A program made the translations under genes and the position numbers. A DNA stretch of 63,964 bases, filler included, from Thelocarpon superellum (Eukaryota): NCBI GenBank assembly GCA_026025795.1. It is 5 parts of 5 records of this genome, joined end to end, with 100 filler letters (N's around TTAATTAATTAA, not from the genome) between each part and the next. Parts side by side here need not be neighbours in the genome. Positions count along the whole stretch, not along the records: positions 27,531 to 41,061 come from JAPEUG010000457.1; positions 41,162 to 54,573 come from JAPEUG010000459.1; 3 more parts are not named here. The stretch is one strand, 5' to 3'. The notes beneath the pieces were generated by a model. The model searched no databases, was not told where the DNA came from, and was given only the letters and a program-made list of their open reading frames with translations. Below, piece by piece: positions 37,030 to 49,210 of the stretch (position 1 is the first letter of the stretch; every line of letters begins with the position of its first letter).

Positions 37030-37201
37030 CCTGGCTTTCGGATATCCCAAAAGGCCGTCCTGGAGGTCAAACCGTTGGTAAGAGGTTCACGACCGATACC
37101 GTCCTGAAGAACATGGGTCGGTGTGGACTGGGCAACGTTTGACCTTTACCTTGGATACGTTAATCTGCATACGTGTAAGAAGCATGGCCTCACGGAATCT
37201 T

Positions 37202-37245
37202 TATCACGTGATCGTATCTTCATCGGTGGTCCATATCACGTGATC
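37202..37245. promoter_or_regulatory. Two identical palindromic E-box sites (TATCACGTGATC) upstream of HRD1
   Basis: The 12-mer occurs at 37202-37213 and 37234-37245, about 175-215 nt upstream of the HRD1 ATG. A TACGTG also sits at 37170-37175. Confidence 0.6.
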
Positions 37246-38553
37246 CCGCACAATTCGAAATCTTGAAACTTTGGTAATGTCTCAAAAGGTCCAGCCTTCA
37301 GTCAAGCTCCAGCTGCTCACCGCAGCTCTCCGAGTTCGGTCCTGTCACGGCTTCCACTACTTTCGCAACAAGTTTCAGAACCTGACCGGAGTGTCAACGG
37401 CGCAGTCCGCTCTACCTCTGTACGTCAATCGGATGAAAGAGGGGATGTAAGCGGTAAGCATCACCGTACGGAGTACCATGCGAGTTCAGTCTTCTGGGCC
37501 ACGTCATGGAGGGCATCATTGGCTCGCAAGCTACCAGGGTCCGAGAAGAACCGGCGCGTCTTTCTTGTCCATGTTACGATTCGACGAGGAGTTGCGCCCG
37601 TTCCGGTTAAGCTCACCCGGTCATGCGCGGCACGTGGCTGGGGAAGGATTCAGGAAGCGCGGCGCATTGAGACACGAGATTGAGGTCCTCTAAACCGGCC
37701 CGGGACCTGGACATGCCAGCTAAGACCTTCTCGACTGCTCTTAGTCTGAAACCCTGGAGTAATTGAACGGTGCCATCGTTGGAAGCACTGCATGGAGAAT
37801 ATATCACGCAGTGCGGCGCAGCCGCTCACGTCCCGCCTGGCTGTTGATGAGATGCTCGGCAGACGATGAGGAAGACCGATGCGGCCAAGCCTTCCCGCCG
37901 CTAGGGCGGCAAAACTCTTTTATCTCTGCCAATGACGCGAGCCCAGACCATCGGACGCGGGGTCACGACCTTCTGCGCAGCGTACGGAGTCAGCGTCAAC
38001 GCCTGAATGGAGGGCGGCGTCAAGTTCCCCGCGATGGACACGGCATGCCGTCGGATATTGGCAGCCCCAAGGTTTCCGGTTTTCTGACGGGCATTCGGCG
38101 GTCGAAGTACGTCATGGCCTCACCACGCGATCAACAACGCCGTGCGGCAAGCGTGGACGTGGCGCGAGGGATGCAGAAGCACGCAGGCGAGATGCAAATT
38201 TCCATGCGCCGCCGATACGCTACGATGCTTTGGGGATGATATGTGGGGTAGGTTGGCTCACGTTCCAGATTCGGGCCGTTTGCCACACGTCCGACAGGAA
38301 GGCTCACCCCTCCTCCGCCATTTCGGCCCTTCTTCCATGCGCAAAATGACGCCTGGCCGTCCGTCCACGCTCTCGCCTTGACGAGGCCTATAAGAGGGCG
38401 GATGGTGCCGGCGCAGGCGGAGGTCCGTTCGCGACCTCTGATCCGCTCCGAGATTGCGCCGGCCTAATCTCTCGAGGAGACTTTAACACATCGACCGTCG
38501 TCCCCTCACCCCGTCACCCACGACGCGCAGCAACCCTCTCCGGCGCCATCACG

Positions 38554-40231
38554 ATGCATCGCCGCGCTCTCTTGTTAACGCTGGCCCTCGCCGGCCGTGG
38601 CCTTGCGGATGCGGCGCCCGAGTCGACAGTGTTCCACAACCTCGCGATCCCGGGCAACTACACGGGTTCACTGCGACCACAGATCCACTTCTCGCCGCCG
38701 CAACATTTCATGAACGACCCTAATGGGCTGCACTTGGCGGCGGATGGCACCTATCACCTGTACTATCAATATGACCCGACGGACATTGTGGCAGGCAACC
38801 AGCACTGGGGTCACGCGACGAGCAAGGATCTCTATCATTGGGAGAACCAGCCGATCGCCATCTTTCCCGACCATCCTGGGGACGGCATCTTCTCGGGCTC
38901 GGCGGTGATTGACGTCAACAACACCTCAGGCTTCTTCCCCAACCAGAAGGATGGAGTGGTGGCCATCTACACGTTGAACACGCCGCTGGAGGAGACGCAG
39001 GAGATTGCGTACTCGAGGGATGGCGGCTACACCTTCACCAAGTACGCAAACAATCCGGTCATTAGCATCAACTCGACGCAATTCCGGGACCCCAAGGTGA
39101 TCTGGTACGGGCCGACGAATAGCTGGGTGATGGTGGTCTCGTATGCGCAGGTACGTGGGTGGACGCGGCGGCGGCGGCAATAGAGTGGACGTGGCTAACG
39201 AGGCGTAGGACTTTACCATTGGCATCTGGACCTCGCCCAATCTAACGGACTGGACGCACGCGTCGAACTTTACGCACGCGGGTCTGCTGGGTCTGCAGTA
39301 TGAATGCCCCAACCTGGTGTCGATGCCGATGAACGGCACGGACGAGCCGATGTGGGTGCTGGCGATCTCGATCAATCCGGGGGCGCCACAGGGCGGGTCG
39401 ATCACGACTTATTTCCCTGGGGACTTCAACGGCACGCACTTCGCGCCGGTGGATGGGGCGGCGCGGATCACGGACTACGGCAAGGACAACTACGCGGGGC
39501 AGTTCTTCTTTGGCATCCCCGAGGGGCAGGATGCGGTGTCGATCGCGTGGGCGAGCAACTGGCAATACAGCCAGCTGGTGCCGACGGGGCCGCTGGAGAA
39601 CTGGCGCAGCGCCATGGCGCTCCCACGCACGAACTCGTTGGCCAACATCTCGCGTCTCGGGTACGACCTGATCAGCAAGCCGTACAAGCTGGAGACGCTC
39701 TTCGACAAGCCGCTGGTGCAGAACGACTCGTTTGCCAATGGGTCGCAGCTGGTCGATTACACGCAGGCGCCCTGGGGCACCATCTACTTCCAGATGAACG
39801 TGACGGGGATCCCGGCGGCGAATCAGACGGGCACGGCCAACTTTACGTTCCTGTCGTCGACGTCGCAGGAATCGCTGAGCGGCGGCTTTTTCATCGGCGG
39901 CGACTTCTGGATCAACCGCGGGCGGATCAACGGGTTCGACAACCCCTTCTTCACGGACAAGTTCTCCATCACGAACCTGATCGCGCCGAGTGGTGACTGG
40001 TCGATGGAGGGGGTGATTGATCAGTCCATCCTGGAAGTGTTTTTGAACGGCGGGCAGCAGGCGGCGACGACGACCTTCTTCTCCGTGGCTCCGCTCGACA
40101 CGATGCGGATCGCGACGGACGGCTTGAATCCCGGAGTCAACGTCAGCATCGCGGTGTGGTCGCTGAAGAGCGCGTGGGCAGCGCAAGCGACGAACGGCAC
40201 GGTGCTGGGCCACAACGTCACGTTAGCCTAG
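38554..40231 (+). CDS. Secreted glycoside hydrolase family 32 (invertase / beta-fructofuranosidase)
   Basis: Signal peptide; motifs [32 protein letters not shown] and YECP. One intron at 39151-39208. TATAAGA at about 38389. Confidence 0.95.
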
Positions 40232-40674
40232 CTGCGACGGTTGGAGCCGGGGGCGTAGGGATACGACCCCGTGGGCTGAACAGGGGCCTGGTGATGAGAC
40301 GAGGCTCTCTGCGCACCATGGCGGAGAAGGCTCGGAGTTTCTTTCGCTAGATCGCTATCTTATATGGCCGTCTACGTGTATGATAATGCTATCAGACCGA
40401 CGAGGAGGTTCCTGATACTGCTCGCAGACGAACCAGGACTCGGATTGTGCAGGGATATCCACCCCACGACCACGGTACGGAGTATGCAGACATGATATCG
40501 ACGGTATGCCGGGGTTGCGGTGCAGCGGCACGAGTCCGACACCAATTCGTCCTTCGGATCTCTACATCTACTTCGTACTACTTGAACGGTGAAGGTGGCG
40601 CACGATAGTCGAGCAGCTACCCCTCCACTAACCACGGGCACCTGTCTAGGTGTCGTACTTTACCCCTACTCTAA

Positions 40675-40682
40675 TAGTAGTC

Positions 40683-40736
<54 letters not shown>

Positions 40737-40750
40737 ACATAGTAGTAGTA
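40675..40750. repeat. (TAG)n microsatellite
   Basis: More than 20 TAG units with two interruptions. Confidence 0.95.
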
Positions 40751-41061
40751 CAGTGGTAGTCCTTACGAGCAAGTCATACTTGTACGAGGTACCGTACGCT
40801 TAGGCACAATAGTACAGGAGGTCCTCGTACTCAATACCCGGTCAGCAACACCAGCTCTGCTCCAGTTGTGGACGTCGACCACGCCGAATCCTCGGTCGGA
40901 GTATCATCTTGACCCAGGCCTCAGGAACCCCTTCAAACCAGCATCGCGGCGCACGATGGCCACCTCGTCCGACATTCCCGCCTACTTTCTTCAGCGCGAA
41001 GAGGCGGGATATCCTGTCGTCCACGGTATGGAGACGGCCTGGCCCATTCTGACTTCGACTG

Positions 41062-41161
41062 NNNNNNNNNNNNNNNNNNNNNNNNNNNNNNNNNNNNNNN
41101 NNNNNTTAATTAATTAANNNNNNNNNNNNNNNNNNNNNNNNNNNNNNNNNNNNNNNNNNNN
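41062..41161. other. Artificial contig spacer
   Basis: N44-TTAATTAATTAA-N44. Confidence 0.99.
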
Positions 41162-42012
41162 CTCGAAACAGAGGACAACGCATTTCAGCAACCCTGAATG
41201 GGACGAGGTGTTCGAGCTGGAGTGGACGAGCCTCTATACAAATACGAAACCTCGTGCGGCCCGCACGAAGATCTGAGCACATTCTGCAACATCGAGCGGG
41301 AGCATGGAACCAGACGGGGTGCCATGTGCACCGGCGCCAGACGCGTAGCTCCCATGGAGCTACGGTCCACAGATCCAGCCATGGATTGCATGACCCACAA
41401 ATCCCGCACAAGGGAACGGCAGAGGAGTGATGGACTGAGTTGACGAGCCTCGGGCGCCGCTTATGCATGACGCAAATTAGAGCTATCGAACAGGGCTGGT
41501 CCCGCTAACGGTGCCACTCCATGCGAGGGTGGGCTTACTACGTGTATAATGGTTCTCGTACCAAAGATGCCACCTCCGCTAGCCAGATAGCGACCGGTTT
41601 TCACGGCTACGGGCCGCGACCTCCAGCGGTACTCCCGCATGTAAGAGTACAAATGGGAACTTCCGTGGTAGGCGAGCTAAACGGCTGCCGGAGCGCATTT
41701 CCGGCCCAAATGGCGTTGACTGCACGTTGGAAGCACCTGGACTTGCGCTCACGAGCTGCACAACTGCCCTCGTACCAATCTTGAGCTGGATATGGATCAG
41801 CGGAGATGGGCAAGAGCCAGCAACCTTGCTGGCTCCTTGTTGGAAGGAGGACATAGGTAGGTACGAGTCCTTGTGGGAGTCATCATGGTCCAGCTCATTC
41901 GCTACGATCCTAATGCCGCTCGCTCGAGGTTTTCGGCGCCAGGTGATCCTATTAGTAAGATCTCGTCTAGTGCCCCTCCAACGACCCCGCGAAGCATGAC
42001 TTCACGTTGGCC

Positions 42013-42090
42013 TCACGTGATTCAGAGGGGCAAGCTCCTAGCCAATCATAAGGCCGCCGTGGGAGCTCCCCCGAAGAAGCTTCGAGACCC
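42013..42090 (+). promoter_or_regulatory. Putative HSP104 promoter elements: E-box, CCAAT box and imperfect heat-shock element
   Basis: TCACGTGA at about 42013, CCAAT at about 42042 and GAAgcTTCgaGA at about 42076-42087, roughly 190-265 nt upstream of the ATG. Confidence 0.45.
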
Positions 42091-42277
42091 GGCGAGGGGC
42101 AGCGAGTAAGTTCTGGTAACCTCGGGCAGCTACGCTACGTCAGACCGGGGGCCTCGTCAGGTCTTGTTGCGGTATATGTGTGACTTTCATCATCGTTCGT
42201 CAACGTTGTCATCTTCCCCAGTTCCCACCACGGCCTTTCAGCGAGCGTGACCTTCTTGTTCACCATCTCCAGGCATC

Positions 42278-45073
42278 ATGAATTCCAACATGCAATTTAC
42301 GGATCGTGCGCAAAAAGCGCTGGAGGATGCGCGCGACCTATCCGTTCAATATGCGCAATCGCAGATACTACCTCTACATCTAGCCGTCTCCCTGCTCGAT
42401 CCGCCGGTGGATCAGTCGACACAATCCGTGGGTGCGGCGCCGCATGCCTCTCATGCCGCCTCCTCCGCACCCTTGTTCCGCCAGGTGGTGGAGCGGGCAC
42501 ATGGGGACCCACAGCTCTTGGACCGGGCGCTGAAAAAGGCCTTGGTCCGACTGCCAAGTCAAGACCCGCCCCCGGACCAAGTATCCCTTTCGCCTGGGCT
42601 GCACAAGGTCCTACGCGCGGCGAACGATCTCCAGAAGGTGCAAAAGGACAGCTTCATCGCGGTCGACCATCTCATCACCGCCCTGGCGCAGGATCCCACC
42701 GTCCAACGGGCCTTGTCCGATGCCAACATCCCTAACACCAAATTGATTGACGATGCCATCCAACAGATCCGGGGCACGAAGCGCGTCGACTCCAAGACTG
42801 CCGACGCGGAGGAGGAGAACGAGAACCTGAAGAAGTTTACCATCGACATGACCGCCTTGGCCCGAGAGGGGAAGATCGATCCGGTCATCGGTCGCGAGGA
42901 GGAAATCCGGCGCGTCATTCGGATCCTCTCGCGACGCACGAAGAACAACCCCGTCTTGATCGGCGAACCTGGCGTGGGCAAGACCACGGTCGTCGAGGGC
43001 CTCGCCTCCCGCATCGTCAATGCAGACGTGCCCGCCAACCTGGCGGCCTGTCGCCTCCTCTCGCTCGATGTCGGCGCCCTCGTGGCCGGGAGCAAGTTCC
43101 GCGGCGAGTTCGAGGAACGGATGAAGGGCGTGCTCAAGGAGATTGAGGAGTCCAAGGAGATGATCGTCCTCTTCGTCGACGAGATGCATCTCCTCATGGG
43201 CGCGGGCGCGACCGGCGAGGGCGGCATGGATGCTGCCAATCTGCTCAAACCCATGCTGGCGCGTGGCCAGCTGCACTGCATCGGCGCTACTACCCTCTCC
43301 GAGTACCGCAAGCACATCGAAAAGGATCAGGCGTTTGAGCGGCGTTTCCAGCAAGTCCTGGTCAAGGAACCCACCATCCCCGAGACCATCTCCATCCTAC
43401 GTGGACTCAAGGAGCGCTACGAGGTTCACCATGGCGTCAACATCTCGGACGCGGCCATCGTGTCGGCTGCTACCCTAGCGGCTCGTTACCTGACCTCGCG
43501 GCGCCTGCCGGACTCCGCCGTGGACTTGATCGATGAGGCCGCGGCGGCGGTCCGGGTGACCCGCGAGTCGCAGCCCGAAGCGCTGGACAACCTCGAGCGA
43601 CAACACCGACAGCTCCAGATCGAGATTCACGCTCTCGAGCGAGAGTCGGACCCGGCATCGCGCGACCGCCTGCAGCACGCGAAGCAGGAGGCGGCCAACG
43701 TCGAAGAGATGTTGAAACCCCTGCGCGAGAAGTATGAGAGCGAGAAGTCGCGGAGCAAAGAGATCCAAGAGGCCCGCATCAAGCTCGACACGCTCAAGAT
43801 CAAGAAGGCGGAGGCGGAGCGGAGCGGGGACCTGGGTCTGGCCTCGGATCTCCAGTACTACGCCATCCCCGAGGTCACGCTACGCATCGAGCACCTCGAG
43901 GCCGAAAAGGAGGCGGCGGCCAAGGAGCTCTACGCCCGGCACGGCAGCGATGGTGGGGAACCGCTCCTCACCGACGTCGTCGGACCCGACCAGATCAACG
44001 AGATCGTCGCGCGCTGGACCGGGATTCCCGTCACCCGCTTGAAGACGACGGAGCGGGAGAAGCTGTTGCACATGGAGAAGTCCCTCGGCAAGATCGTCGT
44101 CGGCCAGAAAGAGGCCGTGGCCTCGGTCTCCAACGCCATTCGCCTCCAGCGCTCCGGCCTGAGCAACCCAAACCAGCCGCCCAGCTTCCTCTTCTGCGGC
44201 CCGTCCGGCACGGGGAAGACACTATTGACGAAGGCCTTGGCGGAATTCCTCTTCGACGACCCGAAGGCGATGATCCGATTCGACATGTCCGAGTACCAAG
44301 AGCGCCACTCCCTCAGCCGCATGATCGGCGCGCCGCCGGGCTACGTCGGCCACGACGCCGGTGGCCAGCTCACGGAGAGCCTCCGGCGCCGACCCTTCTC
44401 CATCCTGCTCTTCGACGAGGTCGAGAAGGCGGCCAAGGAGGTCTTGACCGTCTTGTTACAGCTCATGGATGACGGTCGCATCACCGACGGCCAAGGCCGC
44501 ATCGTCGATGCCAAGAACTGCATCGTCGTCATGACCTCCAATCTCGGCGCGGAATATCTCGCGCGGCAAAATGCGCCGGACGGCCGGATCGACCCCACGA
44601 CGCGCGAGATGGTGATGAATGCGCTGCGCAGCTACTTCCTACCGGAATTCCTCAACCGCATCTCGAGCATCGTCATCTTCAACCGGCTGACGAAACGGGA
44701 GATCCGCCGCATCGTTGACGTGCGCCTCGGCGAGATCCAGAAGCGCCTGAACCAGAATGGGCGCAACGTCGACATCAGCTGCTCGACCGAGGTCAAGGAC
44801 TACCTTGGCAGCGCCGGATACTCCCCCGCCTACGGCGCCCGGCCCCTGGCCCGACTGATTGAAAAGGAGGTGCTCAACCGGCTCGCCGTGCTCATCCTCC
44901 GCGGCTCCGTTCGCGACGGCGAGGTGGCGCGCGTCGAGCTGGAAGACGGCCGGATTGTTGTCCTGCCGAACCACGACGACGACGAGGAGGAGCGCGACGA
45001 AGACGCCATGGACGAGGACGATGCCGTGGCGGCACTGGAGGAGGATGATGCCGATCTAGATCTTTACGACTAA
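42278..45073 (+). CDS. HSP104: Cytosolic disaggregase Hsp104 (ClpB family), intronless
   Basis: 931-aa ORF with two AAA+ modules ([32 protein letters not shown]), GAPPGYVGH, a coiled-coil M domain and an acidic C-terminal tail. Confidence 0.97.
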   Translation: MNSNMQFTDRAQKALEDARDLSVQYAQSQILPLHLAVSLLDPPVDQSTQSVGAAPHASHAASSAPLFRQVVERAHGDPQLLDRALKKALVRLPSQDPPPDQVSLSPGLHKVLRAANDLQKVQKDSFIAVDHLITALAQDPTVQRALSDANIPNTKLIDDAIQQIRGTKRVDSKTADAEEENENLKKFTIDMTALAREGKIDPVIGREEEIRRVIRILSRRTKNNPVLIGEPGVGKTTVVEGLASRIVNADVPANLAACRLLSLDVGALVAGSKFRGEFEERMKGVLKEIEESKEMIVLFVDEMHLLMGAGATGEGGMDAANLLKPMLARGQLHCIGATTLSEYRKHIEKDQAFERRFQQVLVKEPTIPETISILRGLKERYEVHHGVNISDAAIVSAATLAARYLTSRRLPDSAVDLIDEAAAAVRVTRESQPEALDNLERQHRQLQIEIHALERESDPASRDRLQHAKQEAANVEEMLKPLREKYESEKSRSKEIQEARIKLDTLKIKKAEAERSGDLGLASDLQYYAIPEVTLRIEHLEAEKEAAAKELYARHGSDGGEPLLTDVVGPDQINEIVARWTGIPVTRLKTTEREKLLHMEKSLGKIVVGQKEAVASVSNAIRLQRSGLSNPNQPPSFLFCGPSGTGKTLLTKALAEFLFDDPKAMIRFDMSEYQERHSLSRMIGAPPGYVGHDAGGQLTESLRRRPFSILLFDEVEKAAKEVLTVLLQLMDDGRITDGQGRIVDAKNCIVVMTSNLGAEYLARQNAPDGRIDPTTREMVMNALRSYFLPEFLNRISSIVIFNRLTKREIRRIVDVRLGEIQKRLNQNGRNVDISCSTEVKDYLGSAGYSPAYGARPLARLIEKEVLNRLAVLILRGSVRDGEVARVELEDGRIVVLPNHDDDEEERDEDAMDEDDAVAALEEDDADLDLYD

Positions 45074-46645
45074 GCATGCGCTGGAGGCCGAGTCTGCCCT
45101 CGCGACCGCTGACCCACATGGGGCTTCAGCCGGGCGTCGTCTCTTTCCTTGTATATAGTTAATGAGCAAATGAGATCAAGCAGATCCACGGGGTCCAACG
45201 AGATCGCACACGTAGCAGAATGCCAAGTTTGGCGCGTTGTGGCAGCAACACTGCCGAGTAGCAGGAGTTGCCCGCTCCTTGTGTCTTCGTTCGTCGAGCC
45301 CCACCACCTGTGCCACTTCCTGTGGCAAGGTGCGGAGGCGGAATGCACCGGCTCGGCCAACACATCGTCGAGTCTTTCCGCTGTTAGAAGGGCCGAGTGA
45401 GCACCACTTGTTCACCTGTCCGAGTACACGGTATACGAACACGAGGAACGACGGCTGCCAACATCCTGGCGGCGTAGCCGGTGGCCGGCTGAACCCGACG
45501 GACTGGTCCATGGTTGCATGACACAGAAGACCGAACAAGTCGAGATACTCATTTGCGTGGGACCACGCGGTAAGACTCGGTCTCGGTAGTACGAGAACCA
45601 TCCAGGCGTACCCCCACAGTACAAGGCCAGAGTGACGCGGCCGGCCTCCGTGTGTGGCGTGGTGTAAGCCGGGAGGACCGACCGCCAGACCGGGAGGTCG
45701 TCCGGATACCGATCCGGACAATGTGCGAGGCGCATGTGCGTCACGACGGAATGATCTTGGACGTGGAACAGCAGAGCTAGAAGAAATGTTTGAGGCCTTG
45801 TCCGTAGCCTGAAGTGTGATTGGCTGGCGATCGTTCTTTTGTCGACTGTCGCCCTGAGCCCTCCGGCCGCAGCCGTTTCGGCAGTCAAGTGAAAGTACTC
45901 AGCTCCGCCCGGTCGGGTTATTTTTGGTGGGAAACGGCCCGACGCCCATGACGAATTGGGTCACCACGCCACAGTTTGTCTCCTGCTACGGCTAAGCGTC
46001 GTCTCAAAATGACCCTTAAATGGTTAAACATAGACAAGCGGCATCGCTCCATTCCGAATCTGGTCGTGCGCTGTTGCGCATCGGGGCATCTGACTCTTCC
46101 GTGCTGACGGTGGATGACCCGGTTGGTGGCTCAAGCTCCAGTGCTTTGCAGCGCCCCCGCGTCGGCATCGCCTCGGCGTCGGGAGCCATCTTGCGGCTGC
46201 AACTACGACTGCAAATGCAGCTGCACTTGTGTGGAGCAGCGTGCTCTCCACCCAGAGATATGGTTGGCGGAGTCGAAGAATTCTTAGGATGCTGACTGCA
46301 GTGGGAAGCTCGCCGTCTGTCCGACCATGCGGGACAACGTGGTACGCGGGCCTTCCCAGAGGGACGTGATGCGGGGGCCCTCCCGGAGACTCGACCATCC
46401 GGACCCTCCCGGATAAATAGGGATGAGGTTTCCGACGGTAGGAGGTCTTTCCTTCTGCACGCCCTCCCTACGATCAAATTTTTTCCGATATCTTTACTCG
46501 AGTGTCCTTTTTTTCCTTGCCCGTGACATTCTCGTCTCGTCAATCGCTCATATCTTCATCATCTGTCCTCCACCTTCCTCCTTAGCGTCGACATCACGGT
46601 TCTACAAGACATCACGCTCCATCTCAATCCACGTGCCTCGCCACT

Positions 46646-47788
46646 ATGAAGATTTCTAGCATCGCCGTCGTGGGTGGGCTCGCTGCCCTGACCTCCGCCG
46701 ACCTGGCCAAGCGCGACCATGTGCAGACGGTGGTGTGCACGGGTGAGACGACCACGGTATCCGTAACGGCCACGGCCACGGCCACGGTGACGGTGACGGT
46801 GACTGCTGGCGCCAGTGCCGCGGGGTCGGCTTCTGGCTCGGGCTCGGGCTCGGGCTCGGGTGGCTCCTTCAACAGTCTTCCTCCGCCGTATATGCACACC
46901 ACCACCACGACTGCCGCTGGGGCTGCCCAGACGCACAAAGTTGACGTCGGCGCGGCTGGCGAGCTCATCTACGGGCCGAATCAGCTCAACGCGGCCGTGG
47001 GCGACGTCATTGAGTTCAACTTCCTGAAGCTGAACCACAGCGTCACGCAGTCTACCTTCGACCACCCGTGCACCTTCAACGGCGGCTTCGACACCGGGCT
47101 CAACCAGTTCAACCCGCAGAACATTTCGGGCAAGTTCATCAGGACGTTTGAGGTCAAGGACACCGAGCCGACCTGGTTCTACTGCAAGCAAGCCGCGCCG
47201 GTGAACCACTGCGGCAAGGGCATGGTGCTCGGCATCAACCCGGCGGGCAAGATGGACCAGTTCATCGCCAACGCGGAGCGGCAGAACGGCAACCTGACGG
47301 GCACAGCCACGTCGACGGGGACGGCCGGCAGCTCGACAAGCTCGGCAAGCAGCTCGGTCACCACGGTCACGGTCGGCCTCGACCACGGCAAGACGCTCAA
47401 GTTTGACCCGCCCTTCTTGCAGAAGAAGAATGTGGGCGACAAGATCCACTTTGACTTCCGCTTCAAGAACCACACCCTGACCGAGTCCTCCTTCGATCGC
47501 CCATGCACCAAGCTCGCCGGCAGCACCGTCGACACCAACTTCCATAACGTCAACCTGGCCGACATTGCCAACCAGAACGCGACGGATCTCGTGCTCGACA
47601 CGCCGTCGACGAAGCCCCGCTGGTTCTATTGCAAGCAGGACAACGGCACGCCGCAGGGCCACTGTGGACAGGGCATGGTCTTTGCCATCAACACCGATGA
47701 GACCACCTTCGCCCAGTTCCTGACCAAAGCTGAGGCAACCCTGCCCAAGATCAAGGGTCGCACGTTGGGCCCGTTGGGCCAGATCTAA
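46646..47788 (+). CDS. Secreted Ser/Thr-rich protein with two cupredoxin domains
   Basis: Signal peptide followed by a KR site. Two copies of NH[ST][VL]T[QE]S.FD.PC ... WFYCKQ....HCG.GMV..IN. Confidence 0.88.
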   Translation: MKISSIAVVGGLAALTSADLAKRDHVQTVVCTGETTTVSVTATATATVTVTVTAGASAAGSASGSGSGSGSGGSFNSLPPPYMHTTTTTAAGAAQTHKVDVGAAGELIYGPNQLNAAVGDVIEFNFLKLNHSVTQSTFDHPCTFNGGFDTGLNQFNPQNISGKFIRTFEVKDTEPTWFYCKQAAPVNHCGKGMVLGINPAGKMDQFIANAERQNGNLTGTATSTGTAGSSTSSASSSVTTVTVGLDHGKTLKFDPPFLQKKNVGDKIHFDFRFKNHTLTESSFDRPCTKLAGSTVDTNFHNVNLADIANQNATDLVLDTPSTKPRWFYCKQDNGTPQGHCGQGMVFAINTDETTFAQFLTKAEATLPKIKGRTLGPLGQI

Positions 47789-47908
47789 ACGAGATCTAGA
47801 CGAGATCTTGACTGTGCCCCATGATCAGAGAGCGCTGGCTCAGAGAGCGTTGGCGTGCTGGTGTTTGCGGATGGACTCGTCGACCTGAGGTTGTTATTTC
47901 TCGACTTC

Positions 47909-47910
<2 letters not shown>

Positions 47911-47949
<39 letters not shown>
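47911..47949. repeat. (GCT)13 microsatellite in the probable 3' UTR
   Basis: Thirteen perfect GCT units. Confidence 0.95.
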
Positions 47950-47951
<2 letters not shown>

Positions 47952-49210
47952 CACTGCCCCCACGAGCGAGTTGTTACCATGGAGTTTAGTTAGCTTACAC
48001 TCAAACGCATCACGGGTTCTTAATCGCCAACTTACATCCAGTAAATACCAAGTCGTGGTCTGCGCACGCCCACAGGAGCCGGAATGAGCACCTCGATTGC
48101 GAGGACATGACGTGCGCAACGAATGGGTGCCCTTTGTACGCAGAGCAGATCTTGTGGGGCATTCGCTCGCATCGACATGACATAGGTCCAGGGACCCCCG
48201 ATTGGTCTCAAATCTTTGAGATTGAATGGTGGAAGTGGGCTGTGGAACGTCAATTGGCGACTAGCTGGGCGTTTGAGCAAAGACCACGCTACGGCATCGT
48301 AGAAGAAGGGCCGATGCCCCCCTCCGCCCGCGAAGAGATTCCCCTCTCCACCGGATTGGTCAGGGACGAAAGGTCGCGATCCCGACCGGGGTGGGTTAGG
48401 GATGAGCTTTGCCGAGGAGTCGGTCGGACAGGGATCCCAGGTCTTCCGCGCCCGTCCGAGCTGATCACGAGCCCGCCGCTATGCCGCACGGCAATCGCCA
48501 TGACCCTCCACACTGGTGACAGCTCGCTCCGCTCTTATTTAAGCGTCGTGAGCAGAGGACGCGGAAGGTGTCAGGTCCGCATTCCCCCTCCATGCCTGTC
48601 TGACCCAGCACCATGCGGCGTTGGTGGCGCCGAGACTGAGCATGGAGCGTGCAGGAGCGAATGTTAATCTCTCATAGCGTGGCCGCCGCGAGATGAGACA
48701 ATGACACGAATAGATAAGCTGCCGCAGGCCTGGTTCTCTTCCCTCGTCTTCTCCCACCAAAGGGTCCAAGCTTGGGCAGTCGACCCTGCGATTGGCACGG
48801 CATGCACCGTCTCGCCTGCGCAACCTGTTTATGCCACCGACGATGTGGGGGACCACGAGGCTGGATTTGTAGGCTCCACACGGCTCCATCCATCGTGCCA
48901 AAGGCAAAGGAACCAGGGCATCGTAAAGTCAACAATGTCGCGCCGCCATCTCTCAGCTCCCGGCTGATCATGTCGAGCGGCGGCCTTGCGCGATTTCCTC
49001 GAGCAGTCTTCTATATAAGTGAACTTGTATCATGCAGGTGAGCTCTCGCGTGACCGCCGATGGCGGACCGATGGCGGTGACGGAGTAACGGGCCAGGCCA
49101 CAGCATCCTGGGTGCCTTTCGATCGGCATTGATGCTCTTCCTGTCTTTGGACACTTCCTTTCCTTCTTCTTTTCCTTCTCAGGCAGATGGTCGGCAGCAG
49201 GCGGCGTGCG

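Noticed and set aside
40956..41061. Possible gene start MATSSDIPAYFLQREEAGYPVVH at the contig end
   Set aside because: Too short and truncated, with no recognisable motif.
45905..45945. Hairpin GTCGGG...CCCGAC enclosing ATTTTTGG (Sm-site-like), possible snRNA
   Set aside because: No U1/U2/U4/U5 hallmark sequences were seen nearby, and the motif is too short to support an ncRNA call.
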